From: Callorhinchus milii
Lineage: Eukaryota
Assembly (NCBI RefSeq): GCF_018977255.1
Contig: NW_024704745.1
Coordinates: forward strand, 26,660,001 to 26,724,000
Direction: 5' to 3'
DNA: 64,000 nucleotides
Positions 48,812 through 61,533 of the stretch are shown here, in pieces. A program made the translations under genes and the position numbers. Each line of letters begins with the position of its first letter. The stretch's first letter is position 1. The notes beneath the pieces were generated by a model, which searched no databases, was not told where the DNA came from, and saw nothing but the letters and a program-made list of their open reading frames with translations.

Positions 48812-49060
48812 TGAGCAGGATTATTATTGCAACTACACATCATCAGTAATGTAAATCTAGTCTCGCGATGGTCTATCTACCCATTCGTGGGTGAACAACA
48901 CTTGGTGAATTCCGCTTCAGAATGATAGGAAAAGATGACATCGAAGGCTCAAATAACAATGTTGCTATGAACACTTAGCCACTACAAGCCAGTTATCCCT
49001 TTGGTAACTTTTCTGACACCTTCTGTTTTAAATTCAAAATGCCAGAAGGAATGTAGGGCA
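48812..49060 (-). pseudogene. Decayed 28S rRNA fragment (domain V peptidyl-transferase region up to the sarcin-ricin loop)
   Basis: Minus strand GGTGTCAGAAAAGTTACCAAAGGGATAACTGGCTTGTAGTGGCTAAGTGTTCATAGCAACATTG...CCTTCGATGTC...TTCCTATCATT...GAATTCACCAAGTGTTGTTCACCCAC...ACTGATGATGTGTAGTTGCAATAATAATCCTGCTCA is colinear with the conserved eukaryotic LSU core, with CpG decay and small deletions. Confidence 0.93.
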
Positions 49061-50649
49061 TCGTTAGCAAGGACACAGCAAGAAACTCCTTCTCTAGTAC
49101 CCATACTAGAGAAAGCAATATTGGACAGGATTTTCTGTTCTTGATTGTGACGCGTGACTTCTACCTGGACATGCACTGTGTAGACTGTGTTTCACCATTT
49201 TCCTGAAGCGCAACAGTCTCCTATACAAACATACACCCAATTTGAGTTACTGTCTTTAGAAGAGGGGTAAGATTCCAAAATACACATAGCCACATCATTA
49301 TACATTGAATGCTGTGAAACACTTTCACATGTCTCAACAAAGTGATAAGCGTCTATTAGAATACAAAATTACATTTCTGTAGCTCTTTTCACGTCAGGAG
49401 GACATCTATATCAAATGTAAAGATCATTATTATTATTAAAAGAAGGCTGATACCACCAAGTCAAATATGATTTATTTTGTCTGCAAATATGCAATCACTA
49501 CACATTACAGTCAAATCTTGTGAAGCATTTTGAAACATCCTATCAACGTGAAACGTGCTATATCAAACACCAGTATTATTATTAGTTCAATTTCACACTG
49601 CAGGATAAAATATGCAATATTTCATAAAATTTAATGTGATAATCATATTGAATGTATGATGAAATGTCACTTTTATCATCTATTGTTGAAAATTACCAAA
49701 AACTTCCTCTGAACAACTGTAAAGCTAAAAGCTCAATTCTAAAACATTTTGCCTGTTCCTCTCCCATTCTTTTGGATAATGGTTAGGCCATTGCTGCTCC
49801 CAAACTCAGAGATTGGTGTTTGACGCAGCTAAAAATAGAATATCGACTTAACTCAATTGCTATCTCTTGTACAGTACTCAAACATTGAATTCAGGTTTGA
49901 AAAAGTAAATCGGGCCGCGATTGTTTTTGTTCAAATTGGCATAAAGACCAAAATTATTGTGTCTTACTTGAGAGGGGGGGAAATTCAGTGCCACAGAGGC
50001 TTTAGGATTGAGTCAAAAAGTTATATTTCATAATAGAATCAATGAGCCATAATATTAAACCATCCAGCTCTTGATTAGGAGATTTGAATTCAGACTCGAT
50101 AGGTTTGTCCTCAGGTAGCGAGAGATGCCCAGGATGCCCGTTGGGATACACCATCACTAACCTCCTGAGGATCAAGGATAGGATGACTAGATGAAAATAG
50201 CCTGGAGGTGCAGGAGAAATCCAATAAAAATAATTGAGATGTAATAAACATGTCTGAAGACAATTAACATTAGGCAGCCAACCTATTATAGATTTAATAC
50301 AATCCTAACATTTTTTTACTTGTTATATGGAATTTTGCATTAATTTTGGCATAAACATATGCTGAAGACTATCAGAGTGCACATTGGAATATAAAGTTTA
50401 TAGCCTTAACGATAATATTGGCTATGGCTCAATCTGTTGAAAAAAAACCTTTATAGATTTCTTTCCTTTCACTGGACTCATATGATTCCTGAGCAGTAGG
50501 CTCCACTTCTAAATGTTTTGGCCGTCATCCAACACAACTGCTTTAAGTTACTGATATAATTTACCCAAACTGAAAAGTACCATCATCGGACAAAAATAGC
50601 ATAACTTTTTTTTAAAAGTTAGAAACTTGAGTTCTGTTGATAGCTTAGT

Positions 50650-51190
50650 AGGAACATGCACTGTTCAATTGGTTCTGAACCATGTAGACTTGAACAATCC
50701 TGGTTTGACTATTTATCTGTGCTGAGCTAGCTGATTGGGGTGGTAATACTACAATTGACCTCAGTGCCACCCTGGATAGAAATGGGAAAAATTAACCATA
50801 GTTGCCACCATAGAGAGGTTAAAATTCTGATCATTGTTACAAAAAGGAATAATGACAATATTGACAATTTTTTAATGCAATTTTCCCATTATAATCGTGA
50901 ATTGACAAAGTTGCTACACGAGACGCCAATCAGAGGTTTAGTCCTCAGATCATTATCCAGTGGCTATAGTTGTAGGTGTCCAAAGGTCAGTTGAAAATAG
51001 GATTGTACATACCCTGGCCCCCTCCCCCCACATATGTACAATGTGTATACACGCATAGAGAAATAGCTTAACACTCATTATCCAGGCTCACAAATGAAAG
51101 ATGTCCAATTTGGCAAGGAACCAGTTGGTTGACAATTCCCAAGATACTATAACCCAGCAGGCATCAGCATCTTCAGGACACCAGATGGGA
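50650..51190 (+). mobile_element. Family B SINE-like repeat, split by a ~140-bp unrelated segment
   Basis: TCTGTGCTGAGCTAGCTGAT...CTACAATTGACCTCAGTGCC (50716-50770); resumes ~50950 with ATCCAGTGG...ACACTCATTATCCAGGCTCACAAATGAAAGATG...CAGCATCTTCAGGA. Confidence 0.55.
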
Positions 51191-52274
51191 CATGTGAAGG
51201 GAATTAGGAAATCACAGAGAACTTGAATCCTTGACAGATATTTAAAGCACTAGACACAGTATTATTTTTTTATAAAGATTGAAGTTAAAAATCTCTAAAA
51301 CTCCTGAAGCAGTCTTCTAGTAATATGTAGAGAAGTTTGAATAAATAAAAAGCCATGAAAGAATGATGTTTCTGTTTTATTTACTTGATTAGTTGAGCCT
51401 CAAGTCAAATACAAATACCTTGGTTTGCCTTAAGCAATACGCCGCAATACCACTTGATCTCTGCAAGCAGTGTGGTGAATGTTAATTAAACATCAATCTG
51501 GACTGAAAAAACTTGCATTGATTAAGATTATGTGTCTGACTTGCATGTTATGAAAATGATATACGTCTATGATTTGTCAATAAATCTGCATTACTTTTGA
51601 TGCTTTCAAGTTTGGTTCATATTCAGTACCACAAGTGAACTTGATCTGACCTGCCACTTAAAAAATGTTCTGAGAAATCACAATCCCCACCCCCACAAAA
51701 AAACAGCACATTGCCAATGCAGTAAAAGTGACAATTTTCTTACAGTGTTGAGGTATTTTGCTCGAAAGGATATAAAAAAACAATTGTAGTGACAACAGAG
51801 AAATAGGAGGTGGGTTTTATGGTGGCTGAACATAATCTTTTGGAAATGATACAGTATGCCATTTTTCAACTTGAAATCCATACGGACAAATGCACCATCA
51901 AAGACTCCTAGTTGAATATTAAAAATAAAAGATTCTTTGATCCTCAATATCTCAATTTAATGAAACAGGAAAGAGGAATCTGATCCAGAGTCTAGTGGTG
52001 GATCTGCAACTAATTTTGTCAGCCAGGAGTGCAGCTCTGTATTCAATCCCAGCTGCTGAATGGTGGGTTACAATTGAAGTCTCTGGCAGCCTGAACTGAA
52101 CATATGTACAAGGACTGGCAGAATGTGTCTGAGTCTGAGCTAGTGGAGGCTCTCCCCATTATTATTTGTAGCTCACACTTTCAGGGTGGAGAATGTATTT
52201 GAATTCTCCTCCTTGATGCTAATTCAATTTGTTTTGTGTGGTAATAACAAGACAAATGTGTGTGTGTGTGTAGT

Positions 52275-52500
52275 AAGTTCAATAGCACATTGATTTAGCA
52301 TACCATTCTTTTATTTCTGGGATTGGGAATGTAATCCATCCCAGACCTAAAGGATAAAAGTATCCTTGCTTTGCTAGCCGTAAGGCTATTAATTGAAGCA
52401 AGTCTCCACAGTCTCAACCCAGGTTCCCAGTCAGCGTTCGTCTGCAGCCCAAAACTGGCCCAAATTCAGTAGAAATCATTTCCTAATCAATAACTTTGCC
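52275..52500 (+). mobile_element. Possible LF-SINE-related relic
   Basis: AATCCATCCCAGAC...AGTCTCAACCCAGGTTCCCAGT...CAGCCCAAAAC resembles recalled LF-SINE AATCCAGCCCAGG...GGTCTCAGTCCAGTTCCTAGT...CATCACAAAAC. Confidence 0.4.
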
Positions 52501-54992
52501 AAAAGGATGACTGGTGTAGGTAATGTTGGCATCAACACTGATACAGGAGGAAACATTCTGATGAGGATATTCAGGCTAAAGCATATTGGGGTCTATTTTG
52601 CAGGAATTCTTAATAAGATGTTCCTTAATAAGGAATTCCCATTGACCACTGTAAGTATATCCCATTGGAGTGGAGTTCCCACGGTCAGAGAACTGAATTT
52701 TATAATATGGAAGAAGTCCCAATTTTTTCAAATAAGATACTTGATTAAGTAATCTCATTTAGAAATACCTCAAACTAGACCCCTGTTGAGGACTATCCTC
52801 CATTTGGTAAATTTGCCAGCCTTTGACAGCCTGCACTTGTTGTGTGAAATCTCATTATAAAGGCATAAGATCAAAGGAAGTTAAGTTTATATACACGGAG
52901 TGAATCAACCCAAGTAATGAAACCAAGTAAAATGTGCTTTACTCTACATCAAGCTATACTGGACCTAAGAACAATGCCAAATTGCATTTATATAGCCCCT
53001 TTCACTTTAGGAGGATGTCCCTCATATCATGATATAAGAAATAGATATCCTCATCTTGATGAATAATAATACAGAAGTTAACTTTAAAGAAAATATTGCC
53101 TCAATTTTGCCTTCCCTGTTCCATTGGAAAGGCTGTCATCTCTTTCTAACATAGCTATTTAAATTTCCCTCTTAGCGTTTCACAGTCATGCCATTTTGCC
53201 ATCTGTTTAAACTCATTCATCGATGCATACATTAGCGGAGATTTTGTCAGTGAGCGTACATAACACTTCCCAGTGAAGTTGACATGTAACAAATTTGAAG
53301 GTGACACTACGAACAGACGACATGCCAACATAGGGTAATAAAAATGCAACAAAATGATCTGTCAAGAAACAAAACATACACACAATGACCTCTATCTATC
53401 CAGCAAGTATGGAAACTTGTCATTCACAGTATCATCACAAGAATTTACAGCAATTGTATTGAAAAAGTGACAAATTGTCTCTCTCTGAGTTTTAGAGTTC
53501 TGTGATGAGCTCAACAAACACAAATTTAAGAAATGTTTAGGATGGTATGACCTTCCAACTTGCAACCCAGCTTTTCATGCAATGGGAACATCAAAGAGAA
53601 GGGGAAATGCACTTTCCTGTGTAGCATGAATTGACATAAATGGTGTCAATTTTGCAGTATTTTTCAATGAATTTCTAAATAAAGAAATCTGAGTGGGGAT
53701 TCCTTCCCATAAGTGAAACTATATCACCCACAAAGCCTGGACTCAATGATAAATCATGCACTGAAAAATAAATTATGTTGGAGTGGTGTTTTCATGAGTT
53801 GACATTATAAACCTGAAATACCACAGTATTGATCCCATATATCTCCAGCCTTCTTTTATTCTGCCTAAACAGTCACCACCTTTCTTGTCTCTCTACTTTA
53901 ACAATGCTACTACCCGTTTAATTATTTATCTGCTCTCTTAACTCCAATAAGATTAGTTATTCACTTCATGGCTGTCTCTGGGCCATTCCTGTGTATAAAT
54001 TAACTATTTTATCTTCTCTTGAATCCTTTTCATTCTTAATGATATCCTGTATTAATAGCCTTTGGTCCTTTGATTAGCTTTCTCAATTATTTTGTAAAAA
54101 AATACAAATTGCTTGCAGTGAAGTGTTGTGAGTTTCCTCTGCATGAATGTTTCAAAACCAACAATAAAGATCTCTAGATTTGAGGGTTCAATACATTCTA
54201 AATGAATACAAATTAATAGCCTATTGTTATTCAAATCTAACTATTATTACAATCACAAAGATCACACCTCATAGAATGATAGAAACCTACAGCATAGAAT
54301 ACATCCCAATGGTTTCACAAATTATAACTAGCTACAGGAACCTTTCTGTTCATATCCCTCTTACAGCATATTGAGATTTGATTGTTGGATTGTTGGCATG
54401 CTGCTGAACATTGCCACACCAGCAAGATTCATGCATATTTACTAATATTGTGAATGGACACACTCTCTTTTTCCCTCTTTGTGTAATGATAGATTCCAAA
54501 TGTAAGTTCAGAAAAACATAAAGCAGCCAATCTCCAGTTGATCATTGGTATGGATACATTTTGTGATAATGGTCCTGAGCTAAGAACATGGGAAATTTTG
54601 AGCTTTGCATAGAAGCTATATGGCTGTCTACACCAAAACTCAGTTATTATGGAAAACAAATATAGGATAACCACAGTCATTATTTTCCTCTGAATATATC
54701 TTAAGAAGGAACAAGTCATCTCTTTCTGGGCAGGTTGTAGCCTAAGCTTTATCTTTATACTGTTACTTAATGAGTTGATTCTAAAGACGAGTGACTATTG
54801 CCTGTATTTAATGAGTGTTAACAAATCATGGTTAAAGGAAATCTGACCTGAAAATTTTATCATGTTTCTGTTCAAAATACCAGAGCAAAACATAACTAAG
54901 GATTATAAATTTACATTAGATAGAGGATATAATTGTTATGCTTTCAATGCAGAACTTAACATCTTTCTGAATGATCCACCGTCTTAATATAC

Positions 54993-55196
54993 AACCTTGC
55001 GAGGATCTGGGTTTGATTCCTGAGCAAGACGAAACCTTAAGCAAGGTTCCTTACTCAATACACCTCTGTTTTCCTAACAGTAAGTAGAAACCCATTTGTT
55101 AGTCAATTGGTGGATCGCTTTTCTGGGGGTAAAAATCCTTTAAAAAAAATAAGAAGAATTTAGTCACTCAATCCACGACTGTTTATGGGACACTGC
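54993..55196 (+). mobile_element. Deu-SINE (long variant), 5' two-thirds
   Basis: GGGTTTGATTCCTGAGCAAGACGAAACCTT...AGTCACTCAATCCACGACTGTTTATGGGACACTGC. Confidence 0.85.
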
Positions 55197-56829
55197 ATTT
55201 TATAGTGTGTTTTCACAAAGAGCGTGTTATGAAGTCATACAAATTCCACCGCATTATATACAGTTTTGGACATCCTATCTCCAAAAGTGCATTGATGTTT
55301 GGAGAAAGCGAAAAGAAGAACAAGATATACATTTTTAGAGCTTAAAGTTATGTGGAGAGACAGAGATAAAACTAACTTCTTTAGAAAACAATATTGAGAG
55401 ATACGATGGGGGGGAAAGCGAGGAGGAACATGATCTCGGGTTTTAAAATGCTGACAGTTATACGTGATATAGATAGCTCTAAGTAAGCTATTTCCCACAG
55501 AGTGGTGAATACGTGGGGCAGATTATTGCTGACAGCACCTTACGGACTATTTATAGTACTGTATTAAACAAGACAACCATGACTCTAACATTACACAGTG
55601 TGACCTACAGGGGGTTTTAATTATCACTTCTCCAATGCCAATACTTCATGTGTAACTTTCACAAAGTCTGTGCTGAGCCAATCTCATGCCACCATTTAAT
55701 TATTACACTTAGCACTCAGTTTCCCAGTTAAGGTCTCATTTCTGCAGGTTAGACTTGCGGAAACAAAGCATAGCAAATACAAGCTGACACAAGTTGCAAC
55801 AATGTTTGTGGCAAGGTGATGAAAACAGAATAATCATTCAGAATGGGTGAGCTAAATCGTTGGGATTTTCCATTGACAATCAATGTCTGGGGCTTTCTAT
55901 TTTATTTGTGCTTGTAAATAAACTTTGTGTACACCTGTGATTGCAAAGTGTTTTCTTTTACGTTAATTGGTGTTGTAAATGTTGGCTTACCACATGCATG
56001 CTGAAGCCTCATGGTTATTTACTTGGTTGTATTTTCAGAGACAATTACATAGTTCTGTCTTGTTGAAGCTTTCTTTTTTGGCTGCTTAGTTTGAGGACAA
56101 TTATGTATTTTTTGGCCTCCTACTTAATGGAATTTTAAAATTATTCCTGTTTTGTTGTTCCTCGTTTAAACAAATGCCATAGTCAAATGAAAATATTTTA
56201 TTTGTTCCTGCTGTTTTCAAGTTTATATTAAAAAATGTGGGGTAATATCTCATGAATGGAACCAAACTTCATAACTGGTAAAATAACATCTAAAAATGCT
56301 TGCTCTCTACTTTCTTTGTGTATCATTTAACATTTCATGCGACAAGTAGGTGAGGAATGAGGTAGACAATGTTATAATTATCACCATTGATAATTATAAA
56401 GAGGGAGATTCCACTGCTGCTGGAGATTTCTCAGCTGATAACAACCATGGTGGAACATCTCTGACTTTATTCAAAATTTTTTCTTACAAACAGCTGGTCT
56501 AATTGTGCTTTGGAACTTGCTCTACGCTGTTCTCAACAATAGCTCGATAGCTGCAGTTGGCTGAAACCATTTGAGCAGATTTGTGACAATTATAATTATC
56601 ACATCACATACTGAATCTTACACCCCTATCAATAAATCAGTGGCTGAAACATGCCAGCAGGAAAGGTGACTGGGGGCAGTAGAATTGCGCCCATTCAAAA
56701 AACAGCTTCCTGCTCTAATGAGAAAATGTTACTGTTGGTAATCTGGAAGGAAGAAATCAATTGGGTTGAAGGACTTTCTTCACCCAAACCACTCTTGTGA
56801 TATTTTCATAAATGATTGAGCAAAGTCCG

Positions 56830-57200
56830 TACGAATCCCCAGCATTGGCGTTTCTGAGAAAAACAAAGAATGTCAACCGAAATCCAAGGGGTATAACAAA
56901 TGACACAGCAAAAAATATGGAGGAGGATGTTTCACTTCCTCATCTCAGAGCTACTTTACAAAAGAAGCTATCTTTTGTTATACATGGAAAATATGAAGAA
57001 ACACATCGGATCCAGATGCCTGTCAACCATTCCAACCCTTGAGACATCACAAAGAAGCAATGCTGTCAATTCAATAACTCAAGGCACCAAAACTGTTTTG
57101 ATGTTTTGCAGGCTAGCGTCAATCAGCTATATGGAGACTTTACATCAAGCTATCCGAGCAAAAGTAACTCAACACATTTGGATGGTTAGAAGAATGTAAC
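56830..57200 (+). mobile_element. Old RTE-clade LINE RT-region relic
   Basis: Ordered frameshifted remnants RKTK, (F)PHLRA, EETHRIQ, GTK..LMFCR, LYG.. match RTE-type KTKV...FPYLGS...EI.HRI...TKL.VYRA...LLYG.ET. Confidence 0.5.
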
Positions 57201-57640
57201 TTGCACTATGCAGTAATTTGGCAATTTAAGGATATTCCAGCTCAATGGTGGAGGACTGATGGCAAGTCATAAACTATGTATGTATTCCTGGAATTAACTG
57301 AGGTGTGAAGGAGTGAGTACACCCCACCCCCTGACTAGCCTGTGGTGCACACCTTTGTTGGTCATGCACTCTTTCCGTCTCACACAGGTATCGGATGCAG
57401 TGAGTCAGCTAGTGAACACAAAATAAGTCAGAAATTGGGATCTGGGAAGATGAAACACATAACATAGCATACTTATAATAGGCATTTCAGTAATGTCATA
57501 AATACTGTATGTTAATCTTGTTTAATGTTCATATGGTAGATATGCAAATTTATTTCAACTCCAATTCCCAGACATTCAGGTTTGTATTTCTTCCACAGAT
57601 AAATTTGTACCATGTTCTATGATCTGCATAGCCACCTTTC

Positions 57641-57712
57641 CTATATATATTATATATACACGTGCGCACACACACACACACACACACATATATACATATA
57701 CACACACACACA
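57641..57712. repeat. (TA)n/(CA)n microsatellite
   Basis: TATATATATTATATATACACGTGCGCACACACACACACACACACACATATACATATACACACACACACA. Confidence 0.9.
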
Positions 57713-57963
57713 ATTTCCTACTTTAAGAAATTCATCTCCAATCAGGAGTAAATGGAAAGCCTTTTCCATTAGATGGACAGCAGGTCTATTTCTCCTGAAA
57801 AAAATGTGCATGCAGCCTGCATGAATTTTTTAAAATTTACCAACTTCATTTTACTGAACTCCATAAATTACATAACTAATCAATCTAAATTCGCATTTGC
57901 TATGTAGCGCACAGAATCTCAACCTCTGAGTCTATATCAATATTTTTGAATTTGCTCTCATGT

Positions 57964-58278
57964 TGGATGTCCTGTAGCTCAGTGGTTAGAGCACTTGCCT
58001 TGCAAGTGAGACACCTGGGTTCAATTCCAGGCAGGGCAAAAATTTGGGCAAGTTTCCTTACTCCACACACCTAATAATAATCCCTCCAAAAACTGAAACA
58101 ATAATAAATTGGTCATTTTCAATCCACGACTGTTTGTGGGACACTGCTGTGCGCAATTGGCTGCTGCATTTTGCCCACAAATATACAGCCCAATTCATTT
58201 TACAGTCTATTCTGTGAAGTGCTTTAAGACGTCTCGAAGACGTGAAAAGCGCTATAACAAATGCAAGGATTATTATTA
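57964..58278 (+). mobile_element. Full-length tRNA-Ala-headed Deu-SINE (short variant)
   Basis: Head, B-box GGTTCAATTCC, Deu core, stem-loop GCTTTAAGACGTCTCGAAGACGTGAAAAGC, TTA tail. Confidence 0.95.
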
Positions 58279-59304
58279 AGTAAAATTGAATACATCTGTA
58301 ATTGATGGTTTCAATCCATTCGATGACTGCTTAACTTGCCTCGTGATATCACAATAGTACAATAGGTCTCAGCACTTTCATGCATAAAAAATATATGCAG
58401 CAGTTTGTGACTTTCCTTATAGGCTGGGAGCATTGAACAATGGTTGAAATATGGCTTAATTGTGTTTAATGCATAAAAATGTGAAGTAAAGTAGGTATTT
58501 GGCTTATTGTAGCTAGGTCTGCACTTTAGTAATTGACTTAATGGATGATGTATTACCAGTCCATTAATGCATTATGCCTCTGATTAATTGAGAATGGAAA
58601 TTAGCAGTAATAATGGCAAAAGTAGGTTTACCGCCAAAATAAGCATCCTGCTATTAGTACTAATGAGTGAAAACATACTGCAGGGTCAGGAGATTTTTTT
58701 CTTTTTCAAATTTGTCTTTTGAATAAATAATAAAAGCTATCTGTTGTTTTTCTTTGAAGTTATAGCACAGTTATGTAAAAGACATATGACACTGGTAATG
58801 CAGATTGTTTATTCACACAATTCCACAAATTTTGAATTAGAATTCTTGGTGAGCCTCACAAAGTGCCTCAATTTAGCGAAACATTACCAAATATTGTATT
58901 TGCAGTGCAAAATGTATCAGCACAATCTTTTAATAAAGTGGCTTGGATTTAAAGATATTAGAATATAATGAACATGCAAGTTAGGTAGCGATACTTATTT
59001 ATAATGAGGACCATGCCAAGTTAATTTGATAACATTGACAATGATTTGCAACACACACCCATTGCTTCATTAATAATTTGACGACTAACTTTAGCAACTG
59101 TCTGTCATTTTCTTCATCATGTGGCAATTGGGAAGTTTAAATTCTACACAAAAGTGACTAATAATAATAAGGATGTCCAATAACTGACATTCTGTCTTAG
59201 CAAAAATATGTACCTGCATGGCATTAAAACTCCACACCAATAATAACAGTTGTGGAGGATTACACCTGTATTATCTAGATCCAATAGACTATGTTATTTA
59301 TATA

Positions 59305-59530
59305 ATAGTTCTTGCACTTGGTATGCTGGCTTTCACAACAGGAGGATGTCCCAAAGAGCTTCACAGGATTTACTGTGAAGTGGAGTGATTTGTATATTTG
59401 TAGGCGAATATGAGTAGCAATGTCCAACAAATGACCATGGAACAAATTATCAATTTAATTTGTGGGGTGTTGGCCAGGACACCAGGAGAAACTTTATTTT
59501 GAATGTGGATATGTGGATCTGCCATATTGC
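59305..59530 (-). mobile_element. Old SacSINE1-like 3' part
   Basis: GGAGGATGTCCCAAAGAGCTTCACAGG...GTTGGCCAGGACACCAGGAGAAACT. Confidence 0.65.
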
Positions 59531-60844
59531 ATCAAGTTTTATAGGTACTTTTTTTTTGCTGGAATTGGATTGGTTAAGAAACCATGAGCTAAAGCAGACC
59601 ACGACTTCTAAAGCAACTAATTTTCCTTTTACATCCGTTTTTCCTGCTGACTGGAGGGAATAGACTACCCATGTAAAATTTCTACTCAATGGATTGCATG
59701 TAGTCTGGTTACATCACAGAAGAAACAGTAAAGGTCCTTTTATGTACTATGAGGGTGAATAGCTTCCTTTAACCCATTGCGTATGCTTGGAAGAGAACAG
59801 AATAACATAACCCACTATTTCTATTGTAATGGAGTGTGGCACATCTATGGCAAAGTAGAAAAGAGAAAATTTAAAAGATTAAATCAGGAAGTCACGGTTC
59901 CTACATAATGTAATGACATTTCCAAGGGGTTACAAGTTCATTGATTTCAATATAATCATGAGCAGACAGCACTGGCTCATGACTTCTGAAAATGGCAAAA
60001 TAAATTGCTAAGTCATATAAAATGCAGTGATTGCTCAGCTAATAATTTGACCAATTTTCTAACAATTAAATAATCATTGCATCTTTAGCTAAGCACCATT
60101 TGGTTCATAAGTGAAATTAATTCAGATCACATCAGATTAAATTAAAAGTCATTAGTTCCACAGTTCCTAAAGCTGTCTTTGCATAGACACAACAAAAAAA
60201 GTTTTAGTTTTAGTTAGTAACACTTCACCAGTCAACATTTGTTGTACAACTAAAGTATTTATGTATAGTAATAAGCATTGGCATAATACTGTCACTCTGT
60301 AGGTTCAGTTTACTAGTAACCAAATTGAATAATGCTTGAACTTATAGTGATCCCTGCATTCATGAGACCTTCCAAACAATCTGCAGGCAAAGAATAAATA
60401 TGGCTGCCTTGCAAAACATTCATTAAATCATCCAATTACCCAGGAACCAGAAATACAAGAAAAAAAATTCATAGAGCATTATCTCACTTACTGATCATAT
60501 TTGAGGGGTGGAGAACCAAGCAGCTTCAGGAAATTAATGGCATTTCATTTGAGGTGATGTGATACATCACCAAGCCCCTAGCTGCTCTCCAACAACCCAG
60601 CATTTGAGAAGTACATCTGAGATTATGATATCTATTGATAAATCGAATAATCCTGAATCTTTTCATTTGAAAGTAATGTGAAAATTGTTGTCCTTTTGAT
60701 TGAGATTTCAAATCTTGTCCTAATTTGTTCCCGATTTTGTGTTGTAGGCACTACTCCCCTGAAACATACTCCCCAATTATAGGGTTGAACCCTCAAAAAT
60801 ACACAGTACATTCCAATAATACATCCCTCCACCCCTCAATCCTA

Positions 60845-60992
60845 GGCTGTTTGTGGGACACTACCTTGTGCAATTGGCTGCTGCGTTTCGCCTACAAAAC
60901 ACATTCTTTACACTTTACAGAGTATCTTGTGAAGCGCTTGGAGACGTTTCAATGACTTGATGAGGTGCTGTATCAATGCAAGGATTATTATC
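60845..60992 (+). mobile_element. Deu-SINE 3' half
   Basis: GGCTGTTTGTGGGACACTACCTTGTGCAATTGGCTGCTGCGTTTCG...AAGGATTATTA. Confidence 0.85.
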
Positions 60993-61050
60993 ATAACCAA
61001 ACAAAGCCAACCCATTACCCTATTGTATTCATGTAAGATGCATCAAAGAA

Positions 61051-61533
61051 AATTGGTCACTCAATCCACAACTGTTAATAATCCTTGCATTTGATATAGC
61101 GCTTTTCACATCTTCTAGATTTCTCAAAGCGCTTCACAGAATATGCTGTAAAGTGAATTGATCGTATATTTGTGGGTGAAACACGGCAGTCATTTGTGCA
61201 CAGCAGTGTCCCACAAACAGTCGTGGATTGAGAATGACCAATTTATTATTGTTTTGTTTTGGAGGGATTATTATTAGGTGTGTGGAGTAAGGAAACTTGC
61301 CCAAGGTTTCACCCTCCCTGGAATTGAACCCAGGTGTCTCACTTGCAAGGCGAGCGCTCTAACCACTGAGCTACAGGACTCTGATTGTGGGACACTGCTG
61401 TGTGCAATTGGCTGCCGCGTTTTGCACACAAAATATACAGTGAATTCACTTTACAGTACATTCTGTGAAGCGCTTTGAGGCACCTTGGAAACATGATAAG
61501 GGGCTATATCAAATGCAAGGATTATTATTATTA
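61051..61533 (+). mobile_element. Deu-SINE 3' half interrupted by an antisense SINE
   Basis: AATTGGTCACTCAATCCACAACTGTT (61051-61076) continues as TGATTGTGGGACACTGCTG (61382 onward) to the TTA tail. Confidence 0.85.
61077..61381 (-). mobile_element. Full-length tRNA-Ala-headed Deu-SINE (short variant), nested
   Basis: Complete tail-to-head reverse complement ending GAGCTACAGGACTC. Confidence 0.95.

Noticed and set aside
48812-49060. Functional rRNA gene or rDNA unit
   Set aside because: Only ~250 bp, with deletions in conserved helices, CpG decay and no flanking rDNA.
50109-50172. Possible pre-miRNA hairpin (TCCTCAGG...CCTGAGGA)
   Set aside because: Only an 8-bp terminal stem, the interior pairs poorly, and I recognise no mature miRNA.
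52557-52600. CTGATGAG as a hammerhead core
   Set aside because: No stem II followed by GAAA can be formed.
59957-59982. TCATGAGC/GCTCATGA hairpin near CATTGATTTCAAT
   Set aside because: Short stem, most likely a remnant of a decayed palindromic MITE; too little to define an element.
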